Origin: Adineta vaga
Taxonomy: Eukaryota > Animalia > Rotifera
DNA: 64,000 bases
Direction: 5' to 3'
Assembly: GCA_021613535.1 (NCBI GenBank)
Contig: CP075493.1
Span: forward strand, 1 to 64,000
This document shows, in pieces, positions 62,941 to 64,000 of this stretch. The translations under genes and the position numbers were made by a program. Each line of letters begins with the position of its first letter. The first letter of the stretch is position 1. The notes under the pieces are model-generated. The model was given only the letters and a program-made list of their open reading frames with translations, ran no database searches and was not told the origin of the DNA.

Positions 62941-64000
62941 AACCGTTTCATTTCGTTTCTGAGTAGTTTTAGCTTGCCTACAGCCCATAGCATCTGTACA
63001 TACCATGTTCCTACTGTCAGAGTATATTTGGCAAGTTTTAGTTTTTGCGTGTTTTCGTCGTATATGAATTCTTTCCAGTCGCCAATTTGTTGACTATGTC
63101 CTGGTCATTCGACAGAAAACGCGGACATTGTTTTACCAGCTGTCGTCCGAGCCGGCATGACTTATCTTTGTTATCGTTCATGGTTGGTTTCTTTCGTCTT
63201 ATTCTTTTTACAGACGATGGTATCTGCACCCTTTTCGTCTAATGCTCCTCCTTTGCCCGGACTTGTGACTCACACGAAGCTCGCCGAACATCGGCTTCCA
63301 TGTTGGAGTTTCTTTTATGTCATGCTCATTTAAAATGTTTGTACAATTACTGCAGTCATTTTATCTCTTTCTGTCGCTTTAAGGCTGACTTATATACGGT
63401 TTTCCGAACAATCGAATGGAACATCTTTTAGAAACGCAACTAGCTCAAAGCTATGACCTTTGAACACGATATTGAGAAAATCAACATGGAACAAACTGAT
63501 TCCGTGATTTCAGTGATATCAAATGATTTCTGGTGTTGAAATCAGTTTGTCCCCCCGTTATCACTTGTATTAGATGGCATAAATGTTAGCATTGTCAGTG
63601 ACATCGATATCGATGAAAAATAGGGTTGAAAGTTCCGAGAGACTAACAACAGATCGAAATACCTAAACATCAGAAGTCTTCTATGAGAATTTATGAAAAA
63701 TCCTTTTCGTCCTGAGGAGGCTTTCTAATACTAAGAGAATAGTCGAAAACTTAAAATAACTAAGGGAAGCGTTGGATTGATGGGTATGAGAGATCTTAGA
63801 CCATACTTAAAAACACTGTCATTTTTGAGAAAATAGCCAATATCTAACAAAATGATGAAGACCCGATTATTTCATTCAAAGAAGGCTGTTAATTTAAGCG
63901 TCCGGTGATTGAAATGTGAAACACAACTACCTGCCTTTTTACTTCATAAATAACGGGTGGCGCAGATTAAATAAACCTCTCAATATTTTCCATTTTCTTC

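Noticed and set aside
1-64000. Bacterial origin or contamination of the contig
   Set aside because: In-phase spliceosomal introns occur in all three enzyme genes, alongside eukaryotic TEs (Helitron, LINE, hAT).
1-64000. Thioesterase/reductase, PPTase, PKS or transporter genes for the cluster
   Set aside because: None is seen. The NRPS continues beyond position 1, so release chemistry and the final product cannot be determined.

Overview
AT-rich eukaryotic DNA with short GT-AG introns (47-65 nt) and a very high load of MITEs and dead transposons. The NRPS sequence style suggests a bdelloid rotifer (inference). Three enzyme genes sit among the repeats. (1) A giant spliced NRPS on the minus strand (ATG 22451, 10 exons, about 5627 aa in the window, running off position 1), with architecture A-T-[Cy-A(Cys,Ox)-T]x2-C-C-A-T-C. 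(2) An ACSF2-like acyl-CoA ligase (42340-40445, 3 exons). (3) A cyanobacterial-type MIO ammonia-lyase, PAL-like (52289-56673, 3 exons). The NRPS starter A domain lacks the Asp that binds alpha-amino groups and is followed by two Cys heterocyclisation/oxidation modules. The best hypothesis is an intron-containing, probably animal, biosynthetic gene cluster for an aryl/cinnamoyl-capped bithiazole peptide. Co-function of the three genes is unproven. Also present: a decayed Helitron fused through a tiny MITE to a Sola-like transposase, an RTE-like LINE remnant, a tRNA-like element, and about 20 MITE or foldback elements. All coordinates and specificity codes were read by eye.
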